64,000 bases of DNA, taken from the NCBI GenBank assembly GCA_036867785.1, contig CP145411.1, positions 1 through 64,000 of the forward strand. The letters run 5' to 3'. The position numbers and the translations under genes are program-made. The DNA is from Plasmodiophora brassicae (lineage: Eukaryota). The notes below the pieces were generated by a model that saw only the letters and a list, made by a program, of their open reading frames with translations, made no database searches and had not been told where the DNA came from. Below, piece after piece: positions 34,437-46,821 of the stretch (positions are counted from its first letter, which is position 1; every line of letters starts with the position of its first letter).

Positions 34437-36712
34437 ATGGCGTCGTCGCTGAAAACCGAGCCGGCTGCGTTCCTCGGCACGCCTCTGACCGGACGCCCCC
34501 GCGCGACAGCGTCGTCTGCAGGCGAGTCGGGGCGCCCGTCGCAGCCGTCCGACCGGTACAAGCAAGGTCAGTGACGTGGTTCGACGGGGAGTGTCGCGGC
34601 TGACGTCAACGTAGAATTGCAATCCGGATTGGTCAGTGACTATCGCGGCGGGCAGCGCCTTCACGGCGCATTCCATGGGTAACCACTACGCCGTAATGGC
34701 CATGGCTGCGACCCGGACACTGACCTCCAGTGTGCAGTGGGTGGTCAGCCGGGTACTTCAACACGGTCGGGTCGCTGGCCGGGTTCACGCCGTCGACGTT
34801 CGTCTCGTCGCGCCGGGCCGATGTGGCGACGCAGCGCCCGTCGCAGCCGTCGCGTCCCGAGGACTTCATGGACGACGAGGACCTCGCCGAGCAGGTCGCC
34901 CTGCGCCCCCAGACGCAATTCGCGTCGTCGACGACGACCGCCCCGGCCACGTCCGGCCCCGTGCCGCACATCGACGTCGTCGTCCGCACCATCGGCGTCA
35001 TGCTGATGCAGCGAATGGGATGGTCGCGTTCCAACCCGACCATCGGCAGGCCACGTGCCGCGTTGCGGTCGTTCAACGTGGAACCGCCGCCGACCGGCGT
35101 TGCCCCGCCCAAGAACGACGCGTACGGGCTCGGGTACACGCCCGAACCCACACAGCACCGCCTGTCGTCGCTGCTCGCCGGCGACCAGTACGACGCCGCC
35201 ATCACCGACGAGTACGACGACGTTGCCGCGGCGTCGTCGTCGCCGCCCCGGTCCGATGCGCCGCGCGCTGCCGTGCCCGGGTTCGTCAAGGCAATGCAGG
35301 GGACGCCGCCCGACCTGACGGGAACGGCAACGCTGTCGTCCCGCATCGTCGTCCCCGACGACTACCGGGCCGACGCGGTCCAGCTGCCCGAGCAGGTGAC
35401 GATCGCGCCGCGCCTCGAACGGTACCGGGCCGTGCTGCTGACGCCGAGGCAACGCGCGATCGCGCTCGGCGACGCCGCCGCCGCCGTCGAGCCCGAGGCG
35501 AGGCCCGCGTCCGTGTTCGAGCTGATATCGGCGGACGACCGCGCGCGCCTGTCCGCCTCCCTGTCCAGCATGTTTCGCGTCGGTGAAACGCTTCGCGTCG
35601 GCGCGGACGCGTCGGCGCCCGTCGTGGTGCACTACCCGGACGACCCGGCGAAGCAGGCCCGGTTCGTGCAGTACATGAAGCAGGGGGCGGGCGGCGCCGG
35701 CGACGCGACGCAGGCCACGTGGCGGAGCGCGTTGGAGGCGGACGAGTTCGCCCGACTGGCGACAGACGCCGCCGTCAAGCGGGAGCCGGGTGCGTCGCCC
35801 GACCAGGGCCCGGTCGCTGTCGCGCCGCACGACGCCAGCAGCGCCGCCCGGATGCGCATGTTCGGGGCGCTGACGCGCGAGTCGGACGCGTGGGCGCCGC
35901 CGCGCCTGCTCTGCAAACGGTTCGGCGTCCCCGATCCGTTCCAGGGTCGCGCCGTCCCGGAGCCGACCATCGTCGACCGGGACGCGCGCTTCCGAGCGCT
36001 GCTGGCCACGCTGCACCCGTCGTTGGTGGCACCGCGCGCGACGACGATCGCGCCGACGCCCGTTCGTCCCGACGACGGGGATGCGGACGATCGCGGCCCG
36101 GAGCCGCGTCCTGAACGCCCGCCTGTCGATCTGTTCAAGGCCATCTTCTCGGACAGCGAAGAGGACGACGACGACGATCAGGAGCAGGACGAGGTGGTGG
36201 TGGTGCCGGAGCAGGCGCAGGACGACGAGGCTTTGCCCGAGGCGTCGTCTGGTGCCCGACGCGCCGTGGTCGGCCCCGTGCTGCCCGCGTCGGCGCTGAC
36301 GGAACCGTCTGGCGTTGTTGCGGCCGCCGATCGTGGGCCTAGCACTGCTGGGGCAAGTCCATCGCCGGCTGATCGCGTCTCGCCTGTGGTGCACGTCGCT
36401 GAACGCGTCCCCGTCGTGCCGGATGCTTCGGTCGACCGGCACCGTGACAGGGAAGCGTCCGGGTCCCGCCCCCGGCAGCACCGCTCGCGGGAGCGCTCCG
36501 CCGTCAGCGACGAAGAGCGACGCAGGCATCGGTCCAGCTCAGCAGAGTCGTCGTCGCACCGGCGCCACAAATCGAAACGGAAGAAGCATCGCTCGTCGGC
36601 GTCTCGACGGTCCCATCGCACTGCCGAAGAAGAGGAGGAGCGGCGAATTCGGCATCTGGCTCGAAAACTAAAGAAGGCGAGGCGTGCTGGCGAGCACGGA
36701 GAGCAACGTTAA
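34437..36712 (+). CDS. GPATCH1: G-patch domain-containing protein 1 / TOUGH-like splicing factor
   Basis: Spliced RLHGAFHGGWSAGYFNTVGS..FTPSTFVSSR..RPEDFMDDEDL; IGVMLMQRMGW; GLGY; LLCKRFGVPDP; RPPVDLFKAIFSDSEE; basic tail. Confidence 0.9.
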
Positions 36713-37216
36713 TGTATATCATCATCCGTACTCGCTGTTTTAATGTACCGGGCGCTTCGTGGCCGACATTGTGCACCGCTAGCGGCTGTGCATCCAGTCC
36801 GTCGCCGCGACACGCCAGTACTACAAACCTGAAACGCGCCTTAGGTCTCTCTCTCTCAGCGGGACACACCTGATCTGGGCGGCGTCCTTAAGACGAGGGG
36901 CCAGTTAGTCCAGAGCGATAGCGGTACGCCCTTGAGATACTGGCAGCGCACAAGACAACGCCGCCGGACACGGACGGCCACGCGCGTCGCGGAGGGCCGA
37001 CTGCGAGATTGCCGGGCTGCAAAGCACCCTGGGCCCGGCGCGGCCTGTTCGCGCAGAACAAAAAAGTAGGCGGCGCGGGCGCGACGGCAAATGATCGCCT
37101 GCTATCAGCGATCGGGCCGCCGCCGCCGCCTGGGACTCTGCCACGCAGCGCCGTCGAAAACGGGCGCGCCTCCGTGCAGATCCGCGGCCCGGCCCAGCAC
37201 GTCGATCCGTGCCCTA

Positions 37217-37618
37217 ATGATGGTGCTGTTCGGCGACCTCGTCAACGCGCTCGCCATGGTCGCCACCGTCGTCACCGTCGTGGCCGCCTCCTTTCGCACG
37301 TCCGTGCCGCGACCGCCCCCCGGCGCTGACGCCGCCGACGGGTGGCATCCCGACGCTGTCGTGACGGCGCAGCGACCGCCTACTAGTATAGCCTTGTCGC
37401 CGTCGGCCCCGCCGAATTCCTGCTCCGGCGCGAACGTGCGGGACGACGGGTTCCTGGAGGTGGACGATCCCGAGGAACGCGTCCAGCTGTCGGAGCAGTT
37501 CGGCTGGGTGGAGGACCGCGGCATCGAACCCCTGTCGCAGGCGGAGATCGACGAGTTCAACGCCAGGTACAATGGGGCCCTGCGTCCTGCGCCGGCACCC
37601 GCCCGCATCGCGTTATAA
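37217..37618 (+). CDS. Small hypothetical protein with N-terminal hydrophobic segment
   Basis: MMVLFGDLVNALAMVATVVTVVAAS followed by an acidic domain; GC3-biased codons. Confidence 0.5.
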   Translation: MMVLFGDLVNALAMVATVVTVVAASFRTSVPRPPPGADAADGWHPDAVVTAQRPPTSIALSPSAPPNSCSGANVRDDGFLEVDDPEERVQLSEQFGWVEDRGIEPLSQAEIDEFNARYNGALRPAPAPARIAL

Positions 37619-37851
37619 CCCGTATATCTATAAGTACATGCTGATGGGCACACACACACGCTGCCAGGCGTCTGTGGGTGCGTCTATGCGATCACGTGCG
37701 CCCTGATCGGGACGGCCCTTCTGGATTGGTCTTCTCAGGGGTACCGTACTCCCCGACCGTCATGTGATCGTGGGGGGGCCGGCAACCTCCTCCTCGACCG
37801 ATCGAATCGGGACCCCAGCCGCACAACCGTATTGGCCCATCAATGACGCGC

Positions 37852-38146
37852 ATGAAGGTCGTCGTCGTCGTCGTTGCCGCCCTGGGGCTGCTGGCCGGTT
37901 CGCTGCCGCCTGCCCACGCCCTGTCGTTCGCCGCGCCTCCGCCTGGTACGACGAGATGCGACGACGCTGTTCGGCAGCCGCACACACCCGCGCGCTGACC
38001 AATGCTGACGATTAGTGATTCCGGGCGGGGCGATCGTCGCCCGGTATCCCGCCGCGACGACGGTGCCGCCGCCGACAACACCTGCAGGCGCGCATACGGG
38101 GTCGCCTTCCCAAGGCGGGCGTCAACCGTCCACGTGGCGCGCATGA
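37852..38146 (+). CDS. Putative 74-aa secreted peptide (intron 37946-38015)
   Basis: MKVVVVVVAALGLLAGSLPPAHA signal peptide; GTACGA donor, CTGAC branch, TAG acceptor. Confidence 0.4.
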
Positions 38147-38341
38147 TGATGGCGGTCGGAAACGCGCGCCCCCGCCTGATGCGACGAGGGACACAGCGCT
38201 GACAATAAACTGAGACACAAGGCCTGTGCCCGGGAGTGATGTCGAACGCGCGGTGGTCACGACCCTACGTACCTACATAGGAGGCAGACGCCGCCGAAGT
38301 GACGCCCAGGTCGATGCACGTCACCCGACGTCCAACTGGCG

Positions 38342-39315
38342 TTATATGGGCCCATACCGGGCCATGCGCTCGGCGAACTGGGCGACGATCGACACCCGGG
38401 GGATCGGCCCCCGTCGTCGCGGTCCACTGTTGTTACTGCTGCCGCTGTCGTCGAACCACTGGCTCCGTTGCCTGCTGATGTCGGGGCTCTCTGGCACTGG
38501 CGATACGCCAGGCGCCGGTCGGTGGTTGTTGTGCGACGCCGGCGCCCGCCTGGGAGGCGTTTCTGGCACGAGAACGGCGCCAGGGCCGTGCTGGACCGCA
38601 TGCCGACCATCATCAGCGTCATCATCATCATCAGACGACGACGACGAAGATTCCGACAGAACGTGACGACGACGACGATGCTGAGTGGAGGACGCGGTCC
38701 TGGGGAGACGGGCGGCGGCCGGGGGTGCCTGCTCCGCCGACCTGGCCGCTCGGACGCGCATCGACGTGCTTCGGCGAATGAGCCGCTGCCGTCGTGGTGC
38801 CACGGCATCTTCGTCGACCAGGAACCCGTCCTGCAGGTCGTAGGCATTGAATTCGTCGCTGTCGCCGAATTCGTCGTGCGCGGCGGCGGCCTCTGCCAGC
38901 CCGTCGTCGTCGAATTCGCCATCGTCGCCGACGTCTGTAGGCAGAGCGGGCATGGCGACAGGTTAGTCCAGGAACCGTCAGACGTCCGACTGCAGCAGCG
39001 TACCTTCGGCTCTGCTCTCCGCCTGTTCCCTGTGCTGGACGCGAATCCGGACGCCGCCTTGGACGATGTGGGTGAACCGGGATTTACACCTGCGCCGACG
39101 GTCGTCAGTGCCCATCGTCGTCGTGCGACGGGGGGCGCCGCGTGCGTCACGTACAGCGGGCAGAGGTTGGTGACCGCGGCCCAGTCCATCAGGCAGCGAC
39201 GGCAGAACGTGTGGGCGCAGGACGACGGGCGCACCGACCTGGCGGGCGCCTCCAGGCATATCGAGCACGTGTGGCGGTCGTCGGCGCCGCCCATCGGCGC
39301 AACCTGGGCCGCCAT
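38342..39315 (-). CDS. C3HC4 RING finger protein with acidic/low-complexity tail, multi-exon
   Basis: CSICLE..CAHTFCRRCLMDWAAVTNLCPL/CKSRF spliced across an intron. Confidence 0.8.
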
Positions 39316-39561
39316 CGCTGTCGATGGTCGACCTGCGGCGAGAAGCGCGCGCGCGCCCCCGCCCCCGAATCGGGCGCGCGCGGACCCCACAACCCGACGA
39401 TGGCGATCCCGAGGAACCGGGTCGCCCGACGACGACAACGACTGCATTCAGCTGGTGCGGCACCCGATTATCAATGCAATGGCCAGGGGTTGCGACTAGA
39501 TGCCGCTCTTTATGAAAGCTCTGTTAACGCTCATTTCGGGAACGTTTATAGTTCGGGCCGT

Positions 39562-40060
39562 CTACAGGACAATGGTGGCGCCGGTGATCCATTCGGCCCA
39601 GGCGATCAGGTCGCAGACCAGGGAGAACGTCGGGTACACGAACGTGGTCGGTCTGTTGTGTTCAAAGTTGAAGTGCCCAGTCCATGCGCAGGCGTAGGCC
39701 CAGGCCATGGCCAGCAGAGCGCGCGTCGTGTTGCCGGCCCACAGTTTGGCGCCGATTATACGTAGGCGAGCAGGACGACGGCCGCTTCCGCTAGGCCCGT
39801 GTCGTGGTGCCGGAACACGGGGAACGACACGATCCCGACCTGAACGGCAATGACCGTTGCCGGTAACAGGCCAGGGGTCGCGACGGCCGCCAGGACGAAA
39901 CCGGATGTGCCGATCCTGTGCAGCAGGACGTTGGTAGGATGGCGATGCTCCGCCTGACTGCAGCACGAACCGATTCAGGCGCGGATGGATATCACGAAGA
40001 CGTGGGCGCGCGCCTTACTAAACGGGGCGGAACTGACGAAGGCCCGGGTGGGCTTGCGCG
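39562..40060 (-). CDS. DUF962 / Mpo1-like membrane protein, multi-exon
   Basis: EHRHPTNVLLHRIGT and YACAWTGHFNFEHNRPTTFVYPTFSLVCD; 5' end uncertain. Confidence 0.8.
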
Positions 40061-40169
40061 TCGGACGGGCCACCGTCAGCTGGAAACAAAGTCACCATAC
40101 AACCAGGGTCGGGTGGCCCGTTAGCGTTGGCATATGTGACACAGCTGTTCGTCTCGTATCGCCAAGAAT

Positions 40170-40960
40170 GTAGCGCCCTTGTCGAGACCATGTACAGATG
40201 TTCATGACGGTTACCATGTCTGTACCACAGAGCTTTCGAAAGAAAGTGGACGCGCGCGCAGACGACCCGGCGACGCTGCCGGTTGTCTGACAGTTCGTAT
40301 GTCGAAAGCGGAGGGCGAACTTCAATAGGTAGCATCGCGAGATTAGCTGGCATGGCGTCTTCGACGCTGCCTGAGTTGTCGCCAAAGAAAAGGACGCTGT
40401 CGTTTGCCACAGAATAGCACTGGTGATAATGGCCTCGTAGGAAACCAGCACCCAATGTCATCTGGAGGTTGCCAGCGATATTCAGGGTTTGGGAAATCCT
40501 CAATTCCAGGTTCTCCTTCATAAAGAAAATCCGACGCTCCATGGGGAACGTCCAGATGAATCCGTACAAAGGACCCCAGCGAAGCGTTACATCGGGTAGG
40601 TGCACCAACAAATGCATCTTATCAAACAACGGTTGAGCCTTAGAGGAAACAATGATGCTGCGCGCGGGCAGGACATACCGAGATCGTGAACAGTGATGGT
40701 GGCACGACTGAATCCAGTCGTGCCAGCGAATCGCGCAATTTCGAACAAATAGATTCCAAGTCTGACCACTGGAAGGCTTTCGCAAATAACGCCGATGCCG
40801 CATGCAGACACAGTTCGAAGGCACATCGCGTGCATAGCATCGATATCGTGTTCGTAGGAGTGGTTCCAGTCGCCACTTTGCCATCGATGTACTCGCCGCC
40901 GGTCTGGACACCATTCTGGGCAGTGGTGATCGGAGCGACAATCCCGGCCGATTGAGGCGG
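40170..40960 (-). mobile_element. CACTA/EnSpm transposase remnant (DUF4218-like region)
   Basis: LARLDSVVPPSLFTIS / intron / MHLLVHLPDVTLRWGPLYGFIWTFPMER; no TIRs found. Confidence 0.75.
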
Positions 40961-41663
40961 CGTCAGCAGACGCCAACAAGACGCCGTCCCCACAGCGCAT
41001 CGTGAAGGTTGTACAAGGCTACACAATTCTCTTGTGTCGTGGTCATTTGTGGCCGGTACCGGCGTCAAGTGCTAATCCAAACATCTCCTGTGCGCGTCTA
41101 TAAAGGAATTGAAAGGTCTATATTATATCGTTTGGTGGTCCCAACCGTCATCACCGCCTTTTTCTGCCCAGCGAATGCGGCAGGCTGCGACCAACTACTC
41201 ATGGCATTACCGGCATGCGAATTGAACGGGTAACCGTCATGTTCTCCGACCCGACCGCTGTAGATTAGGCGTCAGCGTTAACGGAGAACGGTCACAATGT
41301 GGGGGCTTGTGCTCGGTGCGGATGCCTGCTTGCAACGTCGCTGCCATTGTCGGGGTCGTGCTTTGCCTATTGCTCAGCGACTTCACACACCCCACTCTCG
41401 TCTACGCCTCTTCTGAGTTGCAGCCTGGTACCAGCAAATCGACCGGGTCGTTTTTGACGTGTCGACACGGTCAAGTCGAGGCGCGCCAGACGTCGGGTTG
41501 TGCCAACCACAATAGAGTCAGACCTGGGTGCCGATCGTAGTAGATTTCCGCCGATCGATAATGAAAGCAGTCATCAAAGTGGCACCCACGAATTCTAACA
41601 TCCAGCATACTTTAGTCGCCCGTACCCGACGCGATCGCTAACCTGTACGTGGGGTCATTTGTG

Positions 41664-43230
41664 ATGAAGATGCAATTGCTGGTGGCTATGGTCGCCATGC
41701 TTGCGACCTGTGGGGTTGACGCCGGCCTGCAGGTCGTAGCCATGAATGGCAGCAGCGCTAATGGGACGATGCGAGTCCTGGTTGATATACCGTACGTGAC
41801 TACGGTCATGTCCAACACGGGTGTACAGCCGAGTGACAATGCTGAATCCGTCATTGCGTTTCCGAATGTGACCGTGTTTGATGGCGACCCATGCGTTGTC
41901 GGACTGAAGGGTGTATCGGGACACGCTGTCTTCCTCGTACAGGGATCCCCACTTCTATTGTCATGCTCGTTGCAACGGATGGCTACGGTACTCTCTGATG
42001 CTGGAGTCGCAGCCGCCTTCATTGGTACATATTCGGCGTGTCTCTGTCGTCATTCGGATTGCTGACAAGAGTGTAGATGACGGCGATAATGTCATGGGCC
42101 TGTTCGCGTTCAGTGTCGATGACACGAGACCATCTGCCATATTGGCGACCCGACGCCTTCCAATCATGTTGGCCGAGTTGAAGACGTTCGATTTTAACAG
42201 CGTCCTGAAAGCTATTGCCGACAATCCCGGTGCACAACTGCGAGGGCGCCTCGACGTCAACGTTTGGGTGGCGGCGTACTTATCGCCCGTCTACCAGATC
42301 TTTGTTCGATGGGTACCGGCCATCATCTATCTCACGACGGCAGTTCTTGCTGTTGCTTGGCTCGTGCAACGAATGCGCTTCATTGTCATCGACTATTCAA
42401 GGACGACGGTTACAGCGAGGCGGTCCGTCGGCACTACCTGTCAGTTCGTGTTGAGCAATTCCTGGAATCTGCCATCCATATCGCTGATGTTGGAGATGGT
42501 GACCTGCACCATGAATGGATGTGTACTGGCCATTGGTGGATTCATGTCGACATCCAACCTACCCAGTGGCATTGTCTACTTCTTCGGCACCCAGCTGTCC
42601 GGTGTTAATTTCGCCAGTGATGTTCTAGCCGCGCTGTTCTGGCAGCGAATGCGTCAGGCGCCGACCGACAGCAGACCTAGATGGACACCCGTTCGGATCG
42701 CCCGGACAAGTCTGATGGTCTTCGTCCCAATTGCCCTTGATACGTTGGCGTCGTTAACGTTGAGCGTTCCTGGAGTGGGACGTGCCATCGGTCCAAGCGT
42801 GGCTCTCAATGTGGCGGCGATTGCGGGTGCCGTTAATTGCTTCTGTCAACTGGTAATTGGCGTTCACTTTATGAACCACTCGATGCGATTCGTGATGGAG
42901 ACCAAAAACCTTCGCGCCCATTTCCGTCGCAGTAGCGACCGCGTGGATGCAGATATGGACGCTTTTGTAGCCCGCCTCGCGCGTTGGACTGCCCTACTTG
43001 GCCTGACGCAGCTCATTTACGTCGGCGTTTCGCCAGTCGCGACAGCCCCCGACTTTTATTCACCGTCCGTCTGGACGACATTCTGGTCGGTTGTCGGAAT
43101 CAGCAAATCGACGGCATCGTTCTGTCGTGTCAATATGTTCAAATCGCAGCGGAAAACGCCGCCGACTGCGTCGCTGGCGACCAACGCCAAGACGCCTACC
43201 AGACGAACTGTAAACGTTGTCCCCAAATAA
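41664..43230 (+). CDS. Signal peptide + extracellular (PA-like) domain + ~7 TM segments; GPCR-like
   Basis: MKMQLLVAMVAMLATCGVDA; one intron near 42025; about seven hydrophobic helices in the last ~320 aa. Confidence 0.7.
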
Positions 43231-43379
43231 ATAGCACATCACCGAGCGGCTCGCTGAGTAAGGCCAGATGACAGCTGTGTACCCTTTGTCTCCGTTATGC
43301 ATAAAACCGGGGAGGGGTTCCAAAAATATGGCTGGGTTGACTTTTAGTTCTTGCTGAAGGTGTGTGCGGACGGCGGTGT

Positions 43380-43900
43380 GGTGCACCCAGCTCACGCTGC
43401 ATCGTGTACACGGTGGAGCGTGCCTCGTCCTCCGGGGCCTCCTGCACGATGTCAATGCCCGGTTGAGGGCGATCTACGTCGTTGATTTGGAGGCCGCTCA
43501 CAGTAAGCAGGCGCCGACTCCTTGCTGGGCTTCCTCGGCGCACAGCTGGTTGCAACGTTGTCCACTGCTTCGTCGTACACGGCCGCCTGACATATGCCGT
43601 TCGTTGTGTTCGTCATCGCACGTCGCAGGCTGTCAACGTCGAGACGCGCGTGTCTGCCCCGCCTGTGCCGACGTCGTCACAGGCCAGCCGCACGGACCAA
43701 CGTCGAACGCACGACAGCCACACCTGCTGAACACCTACCGACGCGCCCGACACGTCTGGGCGACCGTCGTGCACGTCCATGACAGGTACGAGCAGTCGCC
43801 TAATGCAGTCCCGGTGGCCTCTAACATTTGCTGGACAGGACGCGACGACTCCCTGGGGCCGTTGTCGGAGCGACTACAACGCACCCTGCTGGACTCCTGC
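43380..43900 (+). pseudogene. Isolated copy of the subtelomeric gene-family unit
   Basis: VVHGRLTYAVRCVRHRTSQAV and RARHVWATVVHVHDRYEQSPNA match the 0.7-6.3 kb units, in the opposite orientation. Confidence 0.7.
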
Positions 43901-43911
43901 CAACACGCCTG

Positions 43912-44256
43912 CGCGCGGTCTGAGTGCATCGCCCCCGTGGGAGGCCTACGCTGACAGGATCAGCCGACCCATGAACATAACGGGCGAGCCGCGGCGCTCT
44001 AGTACCTGGCTGGCATCGTCATCGAGACTGGGGCGGCGCTATGGAACAGCTGGATGCTGCATTCCTTGGAGATATTATACGAGGACAGCGCGGCGTCGTC
44101 CTTGAGGACCCGCCCGGCGAAGATGAGCGTCTGACGCGACGGCTGGAAGCCTTCGACGGCGAATAGCGTCTCTTTCAACGTTTGGACACTGGAGGCCAAA
44201 TCAAGGTCGACAGCGATCGTCTTGCCGGTGGTCTTCTTAATGAAAAGAAGGACCAT
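43912..44256 (-). pseudogene. Truncated duplicate of the ubiquitin-like first exon of the RCR E3 gene
   Basis: Same MVLLFIKKTTGK...QLFHSAAP as at 11931; 1-nt deletion in a C-run; intron 1 retained; similarity ends ~35 nt into exon 2. Confidence 0.88.
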
Positions 44257-45359
44257 GTCGGCAACGGCGAGCGTCTTAGGAGCAGACCATCAGCGGGTGG
44301 GAGCGTGGACGTAGATGCAAGTGGTGGTGGTGGTGGCCGTCGTGCCGCTGGTGTGGCGGCGCAGGGATGGTGGACGGGACGGGTCGGGGCGCGGTCGACG
44401 ATTCGATGCGGCCCGTGACGCTGACGCCCGTCCTATGCCCGTGAACCGAACTTGAGCACGCTCGGCCTGCATCGTGCGATCGGAACCAGCCGCACCCAAC
44501 ATTGACGCTGCTTTGAAACGACCATCGACCGGGGCACTCCGATCCGTCGGCCTCTGGCTACAGTGGCCAGTAGCGACACTGAGCGCGGCAACCGTGCAGG
44601 ACCCCCGTTGGCTTATCGCCAACCGAGGCCCTGGAATTCCTGCAACTGAAGCTCGCGGGTGGTGGACGTGCTGATTTGAAGCGCGACCCTGGTGCCGGTC
44701 GTCTTTCTAACCTGGCGCTATTTCTATCCCGTGTAGCCGCAATGGTCTACCCGAATCACCCGTTCGCGTCTGCTCTTGTCGCCGGGTTCATGGGCACTAT
44801 GCTCGACACCGACCTCGATCGCAAACGATGCCTGCTATCGTTTATGCCCGAAGCCTTGGTAGCGCGTGCGGCGGCAGACAAGTGGCACGTGCGCACGTGC
44901 TTTGGGAAGAAACCGGGCCAGACGAGCGCTGGCCACCAGGACGAGCTCGACTACATGTACCGACGACAAGCGGTTCGCCCAGTCGCGCTTTGCCATGACG
45001 GAGGAGGATCGGAGCCTGGAGCGCGACCTCGACCTGAACGACGACGAGGAGTTCAAGTTGTCGAGTCCGACATCACGGTGGAAGCCCGGCGCGGCCGCAT
45101 CGCCGACCTGAAACGGGGCGTCGCCCAAGTGGCCGATTCTATACCAAGATGACCAAGGTGATCGCCGAGGACGGCGATCCTGGCGTGGACGATTCGGCTG
45201 CGGGCGTGCCGATGATGAACGGCGCCGGCGACGACGGCGACGGGGGGCCATCGCGGGGCGCGGCGAACGCCGCGTATTCGACCGCCGATGCACGCGTCTC
45301 CCGATGGACTGGAACGAGCGCCGCAGCGACGGTCGCAGACCGGACCTCGCCGACACCTT

Positions 45360-45711
45360 CTGAAGGCGGGCCTCGAACTGCGCCTTGGCCTCGGCCTCAC
45401 GTTGTTGCCGGGAGACAGTCGACGAGATCAGCGTCGTCCGGCTTCCGGTCGATCATGACCCGGCAGCCGGTGCGCTCGGACGCTTAGACGACCGCGGCGC
45501 GCTCGTGGGTGTAGACCCACAGTTCTAACAGCGCCGACCTGGGCAAGAAGTACAGCTCCAGAATCGACGCCATGTCTGGAGTGAACACATCCTCGAACAG
45601 CCCACTGAATACGTACTTAGTATGATTGGGAGTCAGCGCTCGCACCAGATGTCCACACGGTGCAACGACGTGCAACTCGACGGTAATCGTTGGTACACGC
45701 AGGGCCATCTC
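45360..45711 (-). pseudogene. Small ORF divergent from the nuclease-kinase gene, copy B
   Basis: Paralog of 10301-10670; premature TAA at 45484. Confidence 0.55.
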
Positions 45712-45741
45712 CGGGTTGGGCAGTCCCGGTGCACCTGCAGT

Positions 45742-46603
45742 TAGTAATGTCAACGGGTCGACCCGGGTCGGAATGAATGTCAGACCACTGGCCGGGAAAC
45801 ACCTCCAAAAGACATGACTGTCGACGAATTAATAGAATACGTCGTCTGAAGGACTGCAATTCGCATATGGCACTCGCTGCTGGCCCGCTGGGTCGCTCAG
45901 GCGCGTGCGGCGTAACCGAGGTTGAAGCCCATGAAGTCACGTGCCCTCATCGCGACCCGTGGAAACAGTTGCTAACTAACCTTGAACCACGTGCGAACGT
46001 CACGGGAGCTCTTCTCCCCTGACATTTCCGGTGGGAGAACCACCGCTGCAGTTCGTTCTCGAAGGACTCGCTGGAAGATTCACTTCTCTAGGTGGTCTGG
46101 GTGCTTTTCGTTCGACTTTAGCAAAGTTCGCAGGCTGTTTATCGCTGTCGTCGCATCCAACGAAGAAGATTCGGGATTTGAAGTGGCGCCGTCTGCAACT
46201 GAGTGACTTGCAATCTTGGCATTCTTGCGAGCACTCTAGTGCCAAGTAAACTCGACGACGAGTGTACGTTGACATAACATGAAGGTGCTCGATCCAGAGG
46301 ATCGCCTTGACTCCGGAGCCCAATCTGCGGTCAGGGACGGCGGGCCGGCCGTCAGCAAGTCCCGGCACCCGAGGGCCGAGAGTCGAGATCAGTGTCCGCC
46401 ACCCCCAAGTCCGCTATACCATCTGCAGGTCCATGACCCGGGTCGACCCGGGTCGACCCGGGTCATGGGCGGGCGCGGCGGGTCTGACCCGGGTCGACTG
46501 GGAACCCCCACGGGTGAGTCGGGTCGGGTCGGGTCGACCCGGGTCGACTCGGGTCGGGTCGACCCGGGTCGACTCGGGTCGGGTCGACCCGCTGCCATCT
46601 CTA
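45742..46603. mobile_element. Non-autonomous hAT-type DNA transposon, 862 bp
   Basis: 8-bp TSD CCTGCAGT (45734-45741 and 46604-46611); imperfect TIRs TAGTAATGTCAACGGGTCGACCCG / TAGAGATGGCAGCGGGTCGACCCG; subterminal GGGTC/GACCC arrays; single empty site at 10269-10276. Confidence 0.92.
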
Positions 46604-46821
46604 CCTGCAGTGCGTGCAGGTCAGACGCAACCTGGGGCCCGCCGTTCCGTGATGAGGACTGCGGGGATGTTGCGTGACGCGGACACGGGGAGGGGGCTTT
46701 CGGGGATGCGAGCCGCACTCGCCGCCGCCCGCCGCCCGCCGCCCGCACTCGCATACCGCCGTCCGCCGCCCGCTCGCCGCCCGCCGCCCGCTCACCGCCC
46801 GCCGCCCGCACTCCGACCGAC

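Noticed and set aside
34636-36529. Long overlapping ORFs (34636+, 34745-)
   Set aside because: Arg/Gly-rich shadow frames of the high-GC GPATCH1 gene.
11931-39315. Ubiquitin-system gene cluster (RCR E3, CAND1, RING)
   Set aside because: The genes are interspersed with unrelated ones and the class is large, so chance is sufficient.
45800-46370. Transposase ORF inside the hAT element
   Set aside because: No BED finger or hAT dimerisation motif recognisable in any frame I read.
46430-46590. Short GGGTCG/GACCCG array as a CRISPR or satellite
   Set aside because: No unique spacers, eukaryotic context, and it is explained as subterminal repeats of the hAT element.
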